NCBI GenBank assembly: GCA_041641295.1 | Contig: JBEPYO010000001.1 | Coordinates: 992,001 to 1,056,000, forward strand | Direction of reading: 5' to 3' | Length of the DNA stretch: 64,000 bases | Source of the DNA: Nitrososphaerota archaeon | GTDB lineage: Archaea; Thermoproteota; Nitrososphaeria_A; Caldarchaeales; Calditenuaceae | Shown: positions 29,303-38,442 of the stretch, piece after piece | Layout of the letters: each line of letters starts with the position of its first letter | Position numbering within the stretch: the stretch's first letter is position 1 | Made by a program: the position numbers and the translations under genes | Notes under the pieces: model-generated | What the model was told of the DNA's origin: nothing | What the model saw: the letters and a program-made list of their open reading frames with translations, nothing else | Database searches by the model: none

Positions 29303-31348
29303 TTAAAGCTTAGCGGCTTTCAGACTCAGGGAGTTGGTTAGGACTGAGACTGAGCTGAGGGCCATTGCTACGGCGGCAAGGATTGGGTTGAGGAATCCGA
29401 GGGCGGCTACGGGTATGAGTGCTGTGTTGTATATGAAGGCCCAGAAGAGGTTCTGCTTTATCTTCCGCATGGTTAATCGGCTGAGGGTGACAGCCCTCGC
29501 TATGTCTACCGGGTCGTCCTTAATCAGCACTATACCACCCGACTCCACCGCGATGTCTGTTCCACTACCTATCGCTATTCCAAGGTCTGCCTGTGTCAGG
29601 GCTGGTGCATCGTTGATCCCATCACCGACCATAGCCACCCTTAGGCCCTGCTGCTGAAGAGCCTTCACAACATTCAGCTTATCCTGGGGCTTCACGTTAG
29701 CTAGTACTTCGGTTATTCCAACCCTCTCGGCCACAGCCCGCGCAACCCGCTCACTATCGCCCGTAACCATTATGACTCTCAGTCCCATCCGGCGGAGCCT
29801 AGATACCGCCTCTGCAGCGCCCTCCCTCGGCTCGTCGAAGACACCTATGAGGCCAGCAAGGACACCGTTGACAGCGACAAATACCACAGTGTGGCCCATA
29901 GACTCTAGCCTCTCCACCTGAGGCTCTACCTCCTTGAAGTCTACACCCTTCTTCTCAAGAAGTGTCTTATTGCCGACCAGTACGGTACTTCCCTCGACCT
30001 CTGCAACCAACCCGTGGCCGGGCAGCTCTTCGAGGCTCCTAGGCCTGACAGGCTCTAAGCCGATCTTTTTAGCGTGCCTAACTATCGCGTCGGCGAGTGG
30101 GTGCTGCGAGCCAAGCTCCGCAGAGGCTGCCAGTCTGACAACAGTCTCCTCGTCAAACCCGTTCAGAGGCACAACCTCGGCAACCGAGGGGACGCCCCTA
30201 GTTATTGTCCCGGTCTTGTCAAGTAAGACAGCGTCGATTCTCTGGGCTCTCTCTAAGACTTCACCGCCCTTAATCAGTATTCCCCGCTCAGCTCCCTTTC
30301 CTGTCCCCACGACGATTGCTGCCGGAGTTGCAAGCCCCAGTGCACAGGGGCACGCAATTATTAGGACTGCTATAAAGGAGGTTAGGCCTCGGAGTGAGTC
30401 GCCGTTAAGCAGGGCCCAAACAGCCAGTGATGCTAATGCTACCGCAACGACCAGTGGAACGAAGATTGATGCGACCCGGTTGGCAAGCCGCTCAACCGGC
30501 GCCTGAGCAGCCTGAGCCTCCTCCACGAGCTTTATAATCTGTGAGAGCGTTGTGTCGGCACCTACCTTCGTGGCCCTCACAACAATCAATCCACCGAGGT
30601 TAATTGTTCCACCTATGACCTCTTTGCCCGGCTCCTTAGCCACAGGTATGCTCTCCCCCGTAATCATCTTCTCATCAACACTTGTTAGACCCTCGACCAC
30701 CACACCGTCTACGGGAATCCTCTCGCCAGGCCTGACAACGACCAAGTCTCCAACGGCCACCTCCTCGACAGGGACCTCCATCTCTACACCATCCCTGACA
30801 ACCCGCGCAGTGGATGGCTGCAACTCCATCAACTTCCTAATCGCATCCGACGCCTTCCTCCTAACGAGATGCTCAAGATACCTTCCAAGAAGTATGAAGG
30901 CTATTATGAGGGCGGCGACCTCGTAGTACAGGGCCTCTGGGAAGGCTCCGGGGATGAAAGTGACTATTGCACTATATCCCCATGCGGCCGTTGTCCCAAT
31001 CGCTATTAGTGTATCCATGTTAGAGGTCCGAGCCCTGAGGGCGTGTATCATTCCCCTATAGAATCTGGAGCCCGCGATGAATTGGACGGGTGTGGCTAGG
31101 AGGAATAACAGAATGGGGGTGGGAATTGCGGGGATAGTTACAGGCATCCATGTCAAGATGAGTGTAGGGATGCCGAGGACGAAGCTCAGAACCGTCAGCC
31201 ATTTAATCCGCCTAAGCTCGATCTCCGGCGCCATGAAACTTGCGAGGCACGACTCGGAGCAGAAATAGTAGGTAGTCCCCCTCACAGTGGCCTTGAGAGC
31301 GTCCTCCGACTCGGCCACGAACATTCCGCAGACAGGGTCCTTAGCCAT
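29303..31348 (-). CDS. copA: Copper-translocating P1B-type ATPase with N-terminal YHS/TRASH domain
   Basis: DPVCGM...YFCSESC, CPC, DKTGT, HP, GDGIND, YN. Confidence 0.93.
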   Translation of the reverse strand: MAKDPVCGMFVAESEDALKATVRGTTYYFCSESCLASFMAPEIELRRIKWLTVLSFVLGIPTLILTWMPVTIPAIPTPILLFLLATPVQFIAGSRFYRGMIHALRARTSNMDTLIAIGTTAAWGYSAIVTFIPGAFPEALYYEVAALIIAFILLGRYLEHLVRRKASDAIRKLMELQPSTARVVRDGVEMEVPVEEVAVGDLVVVRPGERIPVDGVVVEGLTSVDEKMITGESIPVAKEPGKEVIGGTINLGGLIVVRATKVGADTTLSQIIKLVEEAQAAQAPVERLANRVASIFVPLVVAVALASLAVWALLNGDSLRGLTSFIAVLIIACPCALGLATPAAIVVGTGKGAERGILIKGGEVLERAQRIDAVLLDKTGTITRGVPSVAEVVPLNGFDEETVVRLAASAELGSQHPLADAIVRHAKKIGLEPVRPRSLEELPGHGLVAEVEGSTVLVGNKTLLEKKGVDFKEVEPQVERLESMGHTVVFVAVNGVLAGLIGVFDEPREGAAEAVSRLRRMGLRVIMVTGDSERVARAVAERVGITEVLANVKPQDKLNVVKALQQQGLRVAMVGDGINDAPALTQADLGIAIGSGTDIAVESGGIVLIKDDPVDIARAVTLSRLTMRKIKQNLFWAFIYNTALIPVAALGFLNPILAAVAMALSSVSVLTNSLSLKAAKL

Positions 31349-31414
31349 TTGCCTTCACCCTCCTATCCACGCCCGCGACGCGGCGGGCATAAGCCCACAT
31401 CCCGGCGGTGCTGC

Positions 31415-31567
31415 TCATTTTCCCACATATTTCGCCGGATTCTTGTCGAAACTATCCTTACACATCTTAGAGCAGAAGTAATAGGTCACGCCGCCATACT
31501 GCGAGGTATACTTGGCCGTCTTCTCATTCACATTCATGTGACAGACTGGATCGATGGCCACGCTCAT
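31415..31567 (-). CDS. YHS/TRASH-domain copper chaperone (not in ORF track)
   Basis: MSVAIDPVCHMNVNEKTAKYTSQYGGVTYYFCSKMCKDSFDKNPAKYVGK, directly upstream of copA. Confidence 0.9.
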   Translation of the reverse strand: MSVAIDPVCHMNVNEKTAKYTSQYGGVTYYFCSKMCKDSFDKNPAKYVGK

Positions 31568-31726
31568 CAGTACGCTGGCCGCGTATTTATGGGCTTTGCT
31601 TTAACCTGACCTCGGTCAAGCCGCAGGAAGAACACCTATAGTAGACCGAGTTTCTCTCCTCTTTCTCAGGCCTCATCTCGCCGCCACAGCAGGGACACCG
31701 AAAACCGTCATCACGCGAAGACACTC

Positions 31727-32005
31727 TCACTTAATCCTCCTAGCCCTAATGATCCAGAGTGATGCCCCAATCTTCTCTATCCCAAGATACTCTTGGCCGT
31801 TGTTTTTGATAGACTTGGGGACTGTCTCACAGGAAGGCGGGTTGTCTATCAGCACTTCTAGAACTGCTCCTGTCTCAATCTGGTTGAGTGCTTTCACCGT
31901 GTAGAGCTGTGGGTAGGGGCATGTATATCCACGGAGGTCTAGGCGGTATTTCTGGTCCTCAAGTTTTGTGAGGAGTGTTGGGGGTATCTGGATGTTCTGG
32001 GCCAT
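31727..32005 (-). CDS. TusA/SirA/YedF family sulfur carrier protein
   Basis: LDLRGYTCPYP motif. Confidence 0.9.
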   Translation of the reverse strand: MAQNIQIPPTLLTKLEDQKYRLDLRGYTCPYPQLYTVKALNQIETGAVLEVLIDNPPSCETVPKSIKNNGQEYLGIEKIGASLWIIRARRIK

Positions 32006-32043
32006 ACGGGTAGCCTTAGGGTTTGGCTTAATTTAAATCTTCC

Positions 32044-32070
32044 ATTATTCAGAGCTAAGCTCAGAATAAT
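32044..32070. promoter_or_regulatory. Near-perfect 27-bp palindrome between divergent tusA-like and yeeE-like genes (candidate operator)
   Basis: ATTATTC-A-GAGCT-A-AGCTC-A-GAATAAT between two AT-rich TATA-like elements. Confidence 0.55.
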
Positions 32071-32116
32071 AATATATAAATAAGGGCTAACCTGCTACAC
32101 TGCGAGGTGTTGAGGA

Positions 32117-33310
32117 CTGAGCCGGACCATCTACATCTCAGCCGTGCTGATAGGGCTGGTCTCAGTAGCGCTGGGATACTCGTTATACCAGGTTGCGGGT
32201 AAAGGATCTCTCTGGGGCATAACGACGGGAGAGTCGAAGCTTGGTGGATTATTCTGGAAGAGCCTAGGCCTACCTGTAGACCAGTTAAGATACTTTCAAG
32301 AGTTTAAGCTCTTAAGCCCTATCGAGGACCCGACCCAGGCCATTGTATTCGCCATACTTCTCGGTGGTTTTGCCGCAGCCCTCTTAACCAGGAGCTTCGC
32401 CATCAAACACATCCCTGACAGATGGATGCTTCTCCAAGCAGTGGTAGGTGGTGTCCTGCTGGGCTATGGATCAAGGCTGGCTCTAGGGTGCAACATTGGA
32501 AACTTTCTGTCTGCTTGGGCTGGTGGGGGGCTCCACGCAGCGATATTTACCGCGGCCCTCCTCCCAGGAACCTACCTAGGTCTTAGGGTGACTGAGAAAG
32601 TGTTTATGACTAGGGCAGCCCCGAAGAAGGTCTCATTTACTATACCACCGGTAATTCAGAGATGGATAGGTGTGGGTGTGGCGCTGGCCGCGCTTGCGGT
32701 TATACCTCTGCTTCAACCGGTGGTGGCTGTCTGGTGGGCTGCAGGAATAGCGTTCGGCGTTCTCGGATGGGTGTCGAGCATATGCTTCGCCTCATGCTAC
32801 AGGGACATGGTGGCGCCTAGGTATGCAAGCGGTGTCATGGTTAAGGCTGTTGGACTAGCCATCTTGACATACAGCGCAGGTGTTTATCTTCTCCAACTAG
32901 CGGGTATACCGTTCGTGCTGAAAGTGCCTCCTATAGGTGCTTTACAGTTCTTCTTAGGAGGTCTCATTTTCGGACTCGGAATAGGTGTCGCGGGCTCCTG
33001 CATATTCAGCAGTGAGTGGAGGGCAGGAGGTGGAAGCGTCTACTCAATGATAGTGCTGCTCTCGACAATACTGGCAGGAATGCCGGTGCTCTCGCTTAAC
33101 TATGAGTGGTGGCTCACAGTCCTACCACAGGAGCCAAAGCCGCTTACACTATATACCTTCGGACCCCACATCGGATTTTTAGCACCCCTAACATTCTCAC
33201 TAGCAATGATCGTCTACGGAGTTTACGCAGACACCACAAGCCGCGCAGCCATAGCATCGTGGTTAGGGGCGAGGCTCTTAGGCAAGCAGACAGCACCAAG
33301 CCCACGATAG
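32117..33310 (+). CDS. YeeE/YedE family thiosulfate/sulfur-compound transporter
   Basis: ALGCNIG, ICFASC, AGSC motifs; start either CTG 32117 (GAGGTG SD) or GTG 32144. Confidence 0.88.
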   Translation: MSRTIYISAVLIGLVSVALGYSLYQVAGKGSLWGITTGESKLGGLFWKSLGLPVDQLRYFQEFKLLSPIEDPTQAIVFAILLGGFAAALLTRSFAIKHIPDRWMLLQAVVGGVLLGYGSRLALGCNIGNFLSAWAGGGLHAAIFTAALLPGTYLGLRVTEKVFMTRAAPKKVSFTIPPVIQRWIGVGVALAALAVIPLLQPVVAVWWAAGIAFGVLGWVSSICFASCYRDMVAPRYASGVMVKAVGLAILTYSAGVYLLQLAGIPFVLKVPPIGALQFFLGGLIFGLGIGVAGSCIFSSEWRAGGGSVYSMIVLLSTILAGMPVLSLNYEWWLTVLPQEPKPLTLYTFGPHIGFLAPLTFSLAMIVYGVYADTTSRAAIASWLGARLLGKQTAPSPR

Positions 33311-33433
33311 AAAATATCCACACTTACATTCGCGATTTTTCAATCATGGCTACAGAACTCCCGGTATTACGTGTAGCACCGCGCTACGGTAAGATTAATC
33401 AACAGGTAGCGGCCAAATGAGCCTCGCGTCGCC

Positions 33434-34156
33434 ATGCCATACAGATTGCGGCGAACACCTCTGGCTCAGGCTGTTTACCAAGCCTCTCTCGACTCCCTCC
33501 GATACATAAAGCGCAGGCACAATTATAGGGGGCTAGCGGCGATACTCGGTACATCCCCATCCACCCTCTCAAGATACTTGAGTGGAAAGACACTCCCTAG
33601 CCTCAAGAGAGCCCTGACGCTGCTTGAGAAGATTGACTCCCTGATAAAATATGATGAAATTGTAGAAGAATTTTTCGGAGGAGAGCTTAACATCGAGGAC
33701 GGAATCCAGATCTGCCACGACACAGACGTAATCAAGCTCCTCTCAGCCCACATTCTGCGACAATTCATAGGCAGTAAGATCGACTCTGTCTTAGCAGCTG
33801 ATCTCCACGCAATCCCCATGGCTACTTGTTTCGCCTCCCTGATAAACTCGGAAGTCTATTTTACTGTGGACAGACCTGTATGGCGAGAGAGCCTCGAGAT
33901 AGCCTACAGGTCGGACGCCGGAAATGTGAGGAATAGTATCTGGCTTCCGAGGAGCCTGATTAGGCGTGGAAAGAGCATACTCTTAATCGCAACCTCAGTC
34001 CTATCCCACAGCCCCTACAGGGAGATACTCGACCTGATAAGAGACAAGCGCGCTTACACCACGGGCCTGTTCACACTGGTCTCCAGACGGAGTATCTGGA
34101 CCACACTTAGCGTTACACCAGGGTGCAAAAAAGTGGTTGTGAAACTATACGCTTAG
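33434..34156 (+). CDS. HTH plus degenerate phosphoribosyltransferase-like domain (PurR-like regulator)
   Basis: YRGLAAILGTSPSTLSRYLSGKTLPS HTH; PRT-like C-domain without the canonical PRPP loop. Confidence 0.7.
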   Translation: MPYRLRRTPLAQAVYQASLDSLRYIKRRHNYRGLAAILGTSPSTLSRYLSGKTLPSLKRALTLLEKIDSLIKYDEIVEEFFGGELNIEDGIQICHDTDVIKLLSAHILRQFIGSKIDSVLAADLHAIPMATCFASLINSEVYFTVDRPVWRESLEIAYRSDAGNVRNSIWLPRSLIRRGKSILLIATSVLSHSPYREILDLIRDKRAYTTGLFTLVSRRSIWTTLSVTPGCKKVVVKLYA

Positions 34157-34208
34157 GTGGCGGGAGTAAGGGTATATATTTCAAACCCTGTAAAGACGTT
34201 CGGCGCAG

Positions 34209-35156
34209 TTGGTTTCTCTCCTAAACGCTGCAGCCTATATTGTCCTACTCGTTTTAGCGACGGTCATTTTTGCGGAGGGGGTTGAAAAGGTTGCTGTTAG
34301 GTTGGGGCTGACCAGGTTCGCTACAGGTGCTCTCTTAACCGCGGCCCTTACAGCTCTTCCCGAGACCATCATCGCGATTCTTTCACCGTTTCAGGGAGGA
34401 TTGTCTTATCTTGAGGTGGGTGCTGGAAGCGTCTTGGGTGCGCCATCAATAACTATTTTGGTTGGGGCTCCGATGGTGGTTTTAGCCCATCGTAGTCGGG
34501 CAGTTAATGTGGGCGTATCGCGGAACTACATCCTCTTTGCCGCCATCTTCTTACCATCAATTCTTGCCCTGCTTTTTCTCCGGGAGCCAGTCTTCAGATT
34601 TACTTTAGCTTTTGGGCTCATGGCTCTCTACGTGCAGTTTGCTAGGGGAATCTACCGCGAGGAAGGGGAGTTGATGGAGAGTAGATCCAGAACGGTCCTA
34701 GAACGGGTCTTACGGACCGATAGTATGGCTCTCACGCTCATGCAGGTCTCAGCATCCCTAGCCCTGATGATCTATGCCGCAGACTCTTTCATGGAGGGTG
34801 TTGTGGCGAGTGTAGATCCGTTGGCTTATTCTCTACTCTTATCGCCTCTTGGAACATGTCTGGAGGAGGTCTTGGTCGCGGCTTATTGGTCTTTGAGGCG
34901 TAAGGCCGATGTTGCGCTCAGCCTCCTCTCCGGTGAAAACCTGATACAGACTACATTTGTTTTGGGGGTCGGCATCTTCGCTACAGGCATGTACCTGCCA
35001 CTTGGCACCATTGCAATAGCTCTAGTCTACACTACTGCAGCACTAGCCCTCGCAGCCATCCTGAGAGCCGGGGCAAGACCTGCAACTGGGCTACCCATCA
35101 TCCTACTCTACCCACTATACATGGCCATAGCGCTCAACATGCAGCCCCCCTACTAA
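34209..35156 (+). CDS. Sodium/calcium exchanger family protein (YrbG-like)
   Basis: Alpha repeats TALPE and TCLEE; about 10 TM. Confidence 0.8.
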   Translation: MVSLLNAAAYIVLLVLATVIFAEGVEKVAVRLGLTRFATGALLTAALTALPETIIAILSPFQGGLSYLEVGAGSVLGAPSITILVGAPMVVLAHRSRAVNVGVSRNYILFAAIFLPSILALLFLREPVFRFTLAFGLMALYVQFARGIYREEGELMESRSRTVLERVLRTDSMALTLMQVSASLALMIYAADSFMEGVVASVDPLAYSLLLSPLGTCLEEVLVAAYWSLRRKADVALSLLSGENLIQTTFVLGVGIFATGMYLPLGTIAIALVYTTAALALAAILRAGARPATGLPIILLYPLYMAIALNMQPPY

Positions 35157-35188
35157 GAGCGCAACTACCCGAGCCGTCTCCTCCCACA

Positions 35189-35725
35189 TTATCGCCGACT
35201 CTGTGCAGAGTATTGTATGTACGCGAGCCTCTTGTGGAGTATCGCGGCGTTGAATGCGAGAAGTGTTGCAGAGGCTAGTGCTGGGACTAGGCCTAGGCTA
35301 GATGCTAGGGACACGCCTAGTATGGCTACGGTCGGCGCCCAGCCGCAGCAAGTGTAGGTAGCGCTGGCGATGGATGAGAGAAATACGGCTAAACCGGCTC
35401 CAGATCCCCTGACTAGACAAGACCTTAACTGTCCGAGTCTCCAGAGCCTAAGAAGCATAAGCACGTTGAGTGATACAAGGACTGCGAGTAATACACCCAA
35501 CAGCACCACCAGAATCCTCACCGATATCATTGATCCGCCATAGAAGAGTTGTAGGCCAGGCCCAGTATAGCTCTGCGACTCAAAGTATACAAACACGGCA
35601 GCAGGGGCTACTGCGCCAATGCCGGGGAGCCCGAAGTGTTGGATGCCACCGCTTAGATATGCGAAGAGCAGGAAGTAAGCAACACCCACCATTATTGCAA
35701 TCGTCCAACCAAGCCTAAAGTGCAT
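35189..35725 (-). CDS. Membrane protein with CC motif, downstream of SCO gene
   Basis: About 4 TM with TCCGWAP. Confidence 0.7.
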   Translation of the reverse strand: MHFRLGWTIAIMVGVAYFLLFAYLSGGIQHFGLPGIGAVAPAAVFVYFESQSYTGPGLQLFYGGSMISVRILVVLLGVLLAVLVSLNVLMLLRLWRLGQLRSCLVRGSGAGLAVFLSSIASATYTCCGWAPTVAILGVSLASSLGLVPALASATLLAFNAAILHKRLAYIQYSAQSRR

Positions 35726-35734
35726 TGCTATGCT

Positions 35735-36370
35735 TCACCTCGAAAGAATGTATTTCGCAGCTTGGAGGTATTCTTCCTGGGGCATCTCGGCTGAGAGGGC
35801 AAACCTCACTATATGGTCTCTATCAGCCACGAATACGAACCCTACGTGTGTGACAAAGTATGGCTTTCCGCTCCTAGCGTACTCTGCCGGGTCTATTCTG
35901 TTGCCTTTCTCGTCAGTATATATTGCCGGAACATTATACTTCTTCCAGACGGACTCCAGCTGGTCTGGCGAGCCTGTAAGTGCTATTATCCTGTTGTCAA
36001 ACCTGCCCGCCCAAGTCTTCAGAGTCTCAGGCGTGTCGCGCCACGGGTCCTGAGTGATGAAGATGAATGCTATATCGTTGGCACGGTCGCCGAGATTATT
36101 CAGCACATAGGAGTATTTGAGTAGGACGAGGGGGCAGATGTCGGGGCAGTTCGAGTATCCGAAGAACAGGAATATGGGTTTTCCCCTCACGCTACTCAGG
36201 TTGAACTCTCGCCCATACTGGTCTGTGAGTTGGAAGTCGGCTAAGGGGGTCGGGTTAAGCTCGATTTTGGGCTTGTACTGAGACACCACCAGATTCTGGT
36301 AGGTTATGATTAGAGTGGCAGCCACCAAAGCCGTCAAAGCGACGATAGCGTAGAAAAGCCGCCTCTGCAT
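35735..36370 (-). CDS. SCO1/SenC family copper chaperone
   Basis: FGYSNCPDICP, DPWRD, conserved His; ATG 36370 before the TM anchor. Confidence 0.92.
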   Translation of the reverse strand: MQRRLFYAIVALTALVAATLIITYQNLVVSQYKPKIELNPTPLADFQLTDQYGREFNLSSVRGKPIFLFFGYSNCPDICPLVLLKYSYVLNNLGDRANDIAFIFITQDPWRDTPETLKTWAGRFDNRIIALTGSPDQLESVWKKYNVPAIYTDEKGNRIDPAEYARSGKPYFVTHVGFVFVADRDHIVRFALSAEMPQEEYLQAAKYILSR

Positions 36371-36826
36371 CCAACGGCCAATCCTCCCAGACAGATAATA
36401 AGGATTCCCCATCAACAACCCTCCACCAAAACAGAGTTGTTGAGGATTTGGCCAACATCAAGAGGGTCAAGACGCTCGGCCCCTCATCCAAAGACTATAG
36501 CCTACCGTCAAACACTCGGAGGCATCACAATATCTTTCCCAGCACTCAAACCCCTGTATTAAGGATGCTAGCCTTAACCAGTAGCTCAGTCCTGCTGGAT
36601 TGAAAGCATAGGTACTTGGTCTCTATACCACCTCTTCCAAAAGCCTACTAGAATAACTAGTCCTATCTCTAAGGTCTCCGATATATACTCCATTAACACG
36701 CAGTATATCTCGAGCCAAAATTAGCATAGCCGATACCATGTACTCCCCCCGGGTCACTATTATTATAATAATAACATCCGACCTAACTTGTTGGAAGTGA
36801 GAGAAAAATGGAAGAGAGTTGGCCAA

Positions 36827-36968
36827 GGGTCACCAGGCCCGACAGTATCTAGGAACCTTGGAAAGGCCGGTGTTATTAATCCTCGGGCAGTAGAGAACTC
36901 TCTACTGCCTAATTAGTCGGGACACCGGCCCTCCAAGATTTTTCCCTACTGTCTAGGCTGGTGCTCCC
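36827..36968 (-). ncRNA. Long structured RNA candidate at the 3' end of the IS110-like gene
   Basis: Nested stems CACCAG/CTGGTG, GACAGTA/TACTGTC, CTTGGA/TCCAAG, GGCCGGTGT/ACACCGGCC, GGCAGTAGAG/CTCTACTGCC with a 12x12 internal loop. Confidence 0.55.
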
Positions 36969-37846
36969 AGCCTTTCCCATGGTTCCACTTCATTTACTAC
37001 TGTCCAGATTCTTCGTAGTAGTCTCTCCTCGTCCTTTGCCCTGTGGTATGTGTTCTTCAGCGCTGCTGCTGTCAGCCTCGAAAGAGCACTCCTAGCCAGT
37101 TTATTATAGAACTTATCAAAGCCTTTGCGTCCAGGGAATAGTCCGAAGAATTTCCTAAGTTGTTTATATGATTTGCTTCTGTTAACGTATAGTAGCACTT
37201 CCACTAGAGCCTCCTTCGCGAATAGATGATTGTCGCCAGAGATTCCTAGAAACTCGACTACCTTGTTGTAAGCCGACATCCTTTTCTCTGCCTCTGCGAC
37301 AATCAACCTAGCCATATCATTCATTGCATCTTCTGTGGCCTTGATAAGACCCATCAGAACCCTCCTCTCAGCATCCTGCAGAGCCTTAGCCCTATTCAGG
37401 AGGCCTGTATACGTCCTTAACAGGCTTCGGTACGTGGCGGCTAGTCTCCTGATCACTAGGAAGTCTTCATTGACTTCTATGAACCATTTAGGCTCTATTC
37501 TCATCATTGTTTTGATGTCGTTTCTGCCAGTCTTCGATAATCTCAACTCATTTCTTTTCCTCGCCAGCATAGTAATTCTCCTCAAATAGAAAACTCTACT
37601 ACCTCTTCTCAGAACATCTATGAACTCGTCTGTGAGTTCTATGGGTATCGTGTCCACATATAGCTCGTCTCCTTCTTCAGTGGGAATCTCCGCTATAGTC
37701 CTAGCCTTGCCGAATACTTCGCCATCAACAGTGTACAAGTGATAGTTCTCATCGGTCTTAGTCTTACGACTCTTGCTGGCTAATCTATGAACATCAACGT
37801 AGAACCTTCTAACTTCTTTCCTAGGGGAATTTACCATTTCCATCAT
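36953..37846 (-). CDS. Divergent IS110-family transposase-like (RuvC-like, coiled coil, Nop-like) protein
   Basis: YVDVH, LYVDT, SKTGRND (cf. KTDxxD), coiled coil ending LLNR, LRKFFGLFP (cf. yaGLvP); lower GC. Confidence 0.7.
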   Translation of the reverse strand: MMEMVNSPRKEVRRFYVDVHRLASKSRKTKTDENYHLYTVDGEVFGKARTIAEIPTEEGDELYVDTIPIELTDEFIDVLRRGSRVFYLRRITMLARKRNELRLSKTGRNDIKTMMRIEPKWFIEVNEDFLVIRRLAATYRSLLRTYTGLLNRAKALQDAERRVLMGLIKATEDAMNDMARLIVAEAEKRMSAYNKVVEFLGISGDNHLFAKEALVEVLLYVNRSKSYKQLRKFFGLFPGRKGFDKFYNKLARSALSRLTAAALKNTYHRAKDEERLLRRIWTVVNEVEPWERLGAPA

Positions 37847-37935
37847 CTATTTATCTCCCCCACAATCAGCCTTAGTAATCTGATCTATGGGTGGACGTAT
37901 ACCCCTGCTCATGACTAGCAACGGAGTGGGGTTAT

Positions 37936-37950
37936 GGTTATATAGCTTTT
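37936..37950 (-). promoter_or_regulatory. BRE/TATA promoter of the IS110-like gene
   Basis: AAAAAGCTATATAAC on the minus strand about 90 nt upstream of the ATG. Confidence 0.5.
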
Positions 37951-38192
37951 TGGACACCTCGGCGAAAGTAACAACTTCCATTTCTAACTTTCCCATTTTT
38001 CTAGACTTCAGTAATAGTCTTAAGCAGTTATATCTCTGGCAGTAATGCTTTGACTGCCTGATGAAGACAATACAGACGTGGAGAGTGCAGGAAAGAAAGT
38101 AGTAGAGATCTAAGAGAATACTAGCATTAAGGAGTCAATTACTGTTGGAGAGGGTGTTGAGGGGGATTTAGAGGTCATTGGGATGATAAGTA

Positions 38193-38432
38193 GTGAAGAG
38201 GGCGCCTAAAGGTTCGTCAGAGCCTATAATCATGAAGGCTTTAATCAAATGGAAGAAGTCTATACGAGATATTGAGCGGGTTACAAAGCTGAAGAAGCCG
38301 ACACTAACTCTCTCACTGAACAAGATGAAAAAAGAGGGATTGACCAAGCCTCTAGGCATCAGGAGGTCAGGGAAGTGGGCGCTCACTAAGAAAGGTAGAG
38401 CAGTTGTGGTTATGAGGATTGCTACCGTGTAG
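38193..38432 (+). CDS. Small basic winged-helix protein
   Basis: SIRDIERVTKLKKPTLTLSLNKMKKEGL...WALTKKG wHTH pattern. Confidence 0.6.
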   Translation: MKRAPKGSSEPIIMKALIKWKKSIRDIERVTKLKKPTLTLSLNKMKKEGLTKPLGIRRSGKWALTKKGRAVVVMRIATV

Positions 38433-38442
38433 ATTTTAGGCG

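Larger units (their letters stand above)
36565..38127 (-). mobile_element. Putative IS110/IS1111-related element (boundaries tentative)
   Basis: Lower-GC segment with an IS110-like ORF; TAAGG-ATGCTAG (36560-36571) and CTAGCAT-TAAGG (38121-38132) form a short IR inside a 5-bp direct repeat. Confidence 0.4.

Noticed and set aside
36758-36773. Perfect 16-bp palindrome TATTATTATAATAATA
   Set aside because: Low-complexity A/T triplet sequence with no independent support.
36623-36826. 67-aa ORF downstream of the IS110-like gene
   Set aside because: No motif, low-complexity Ile run, and it lies in the presumed non-coding end of the element.
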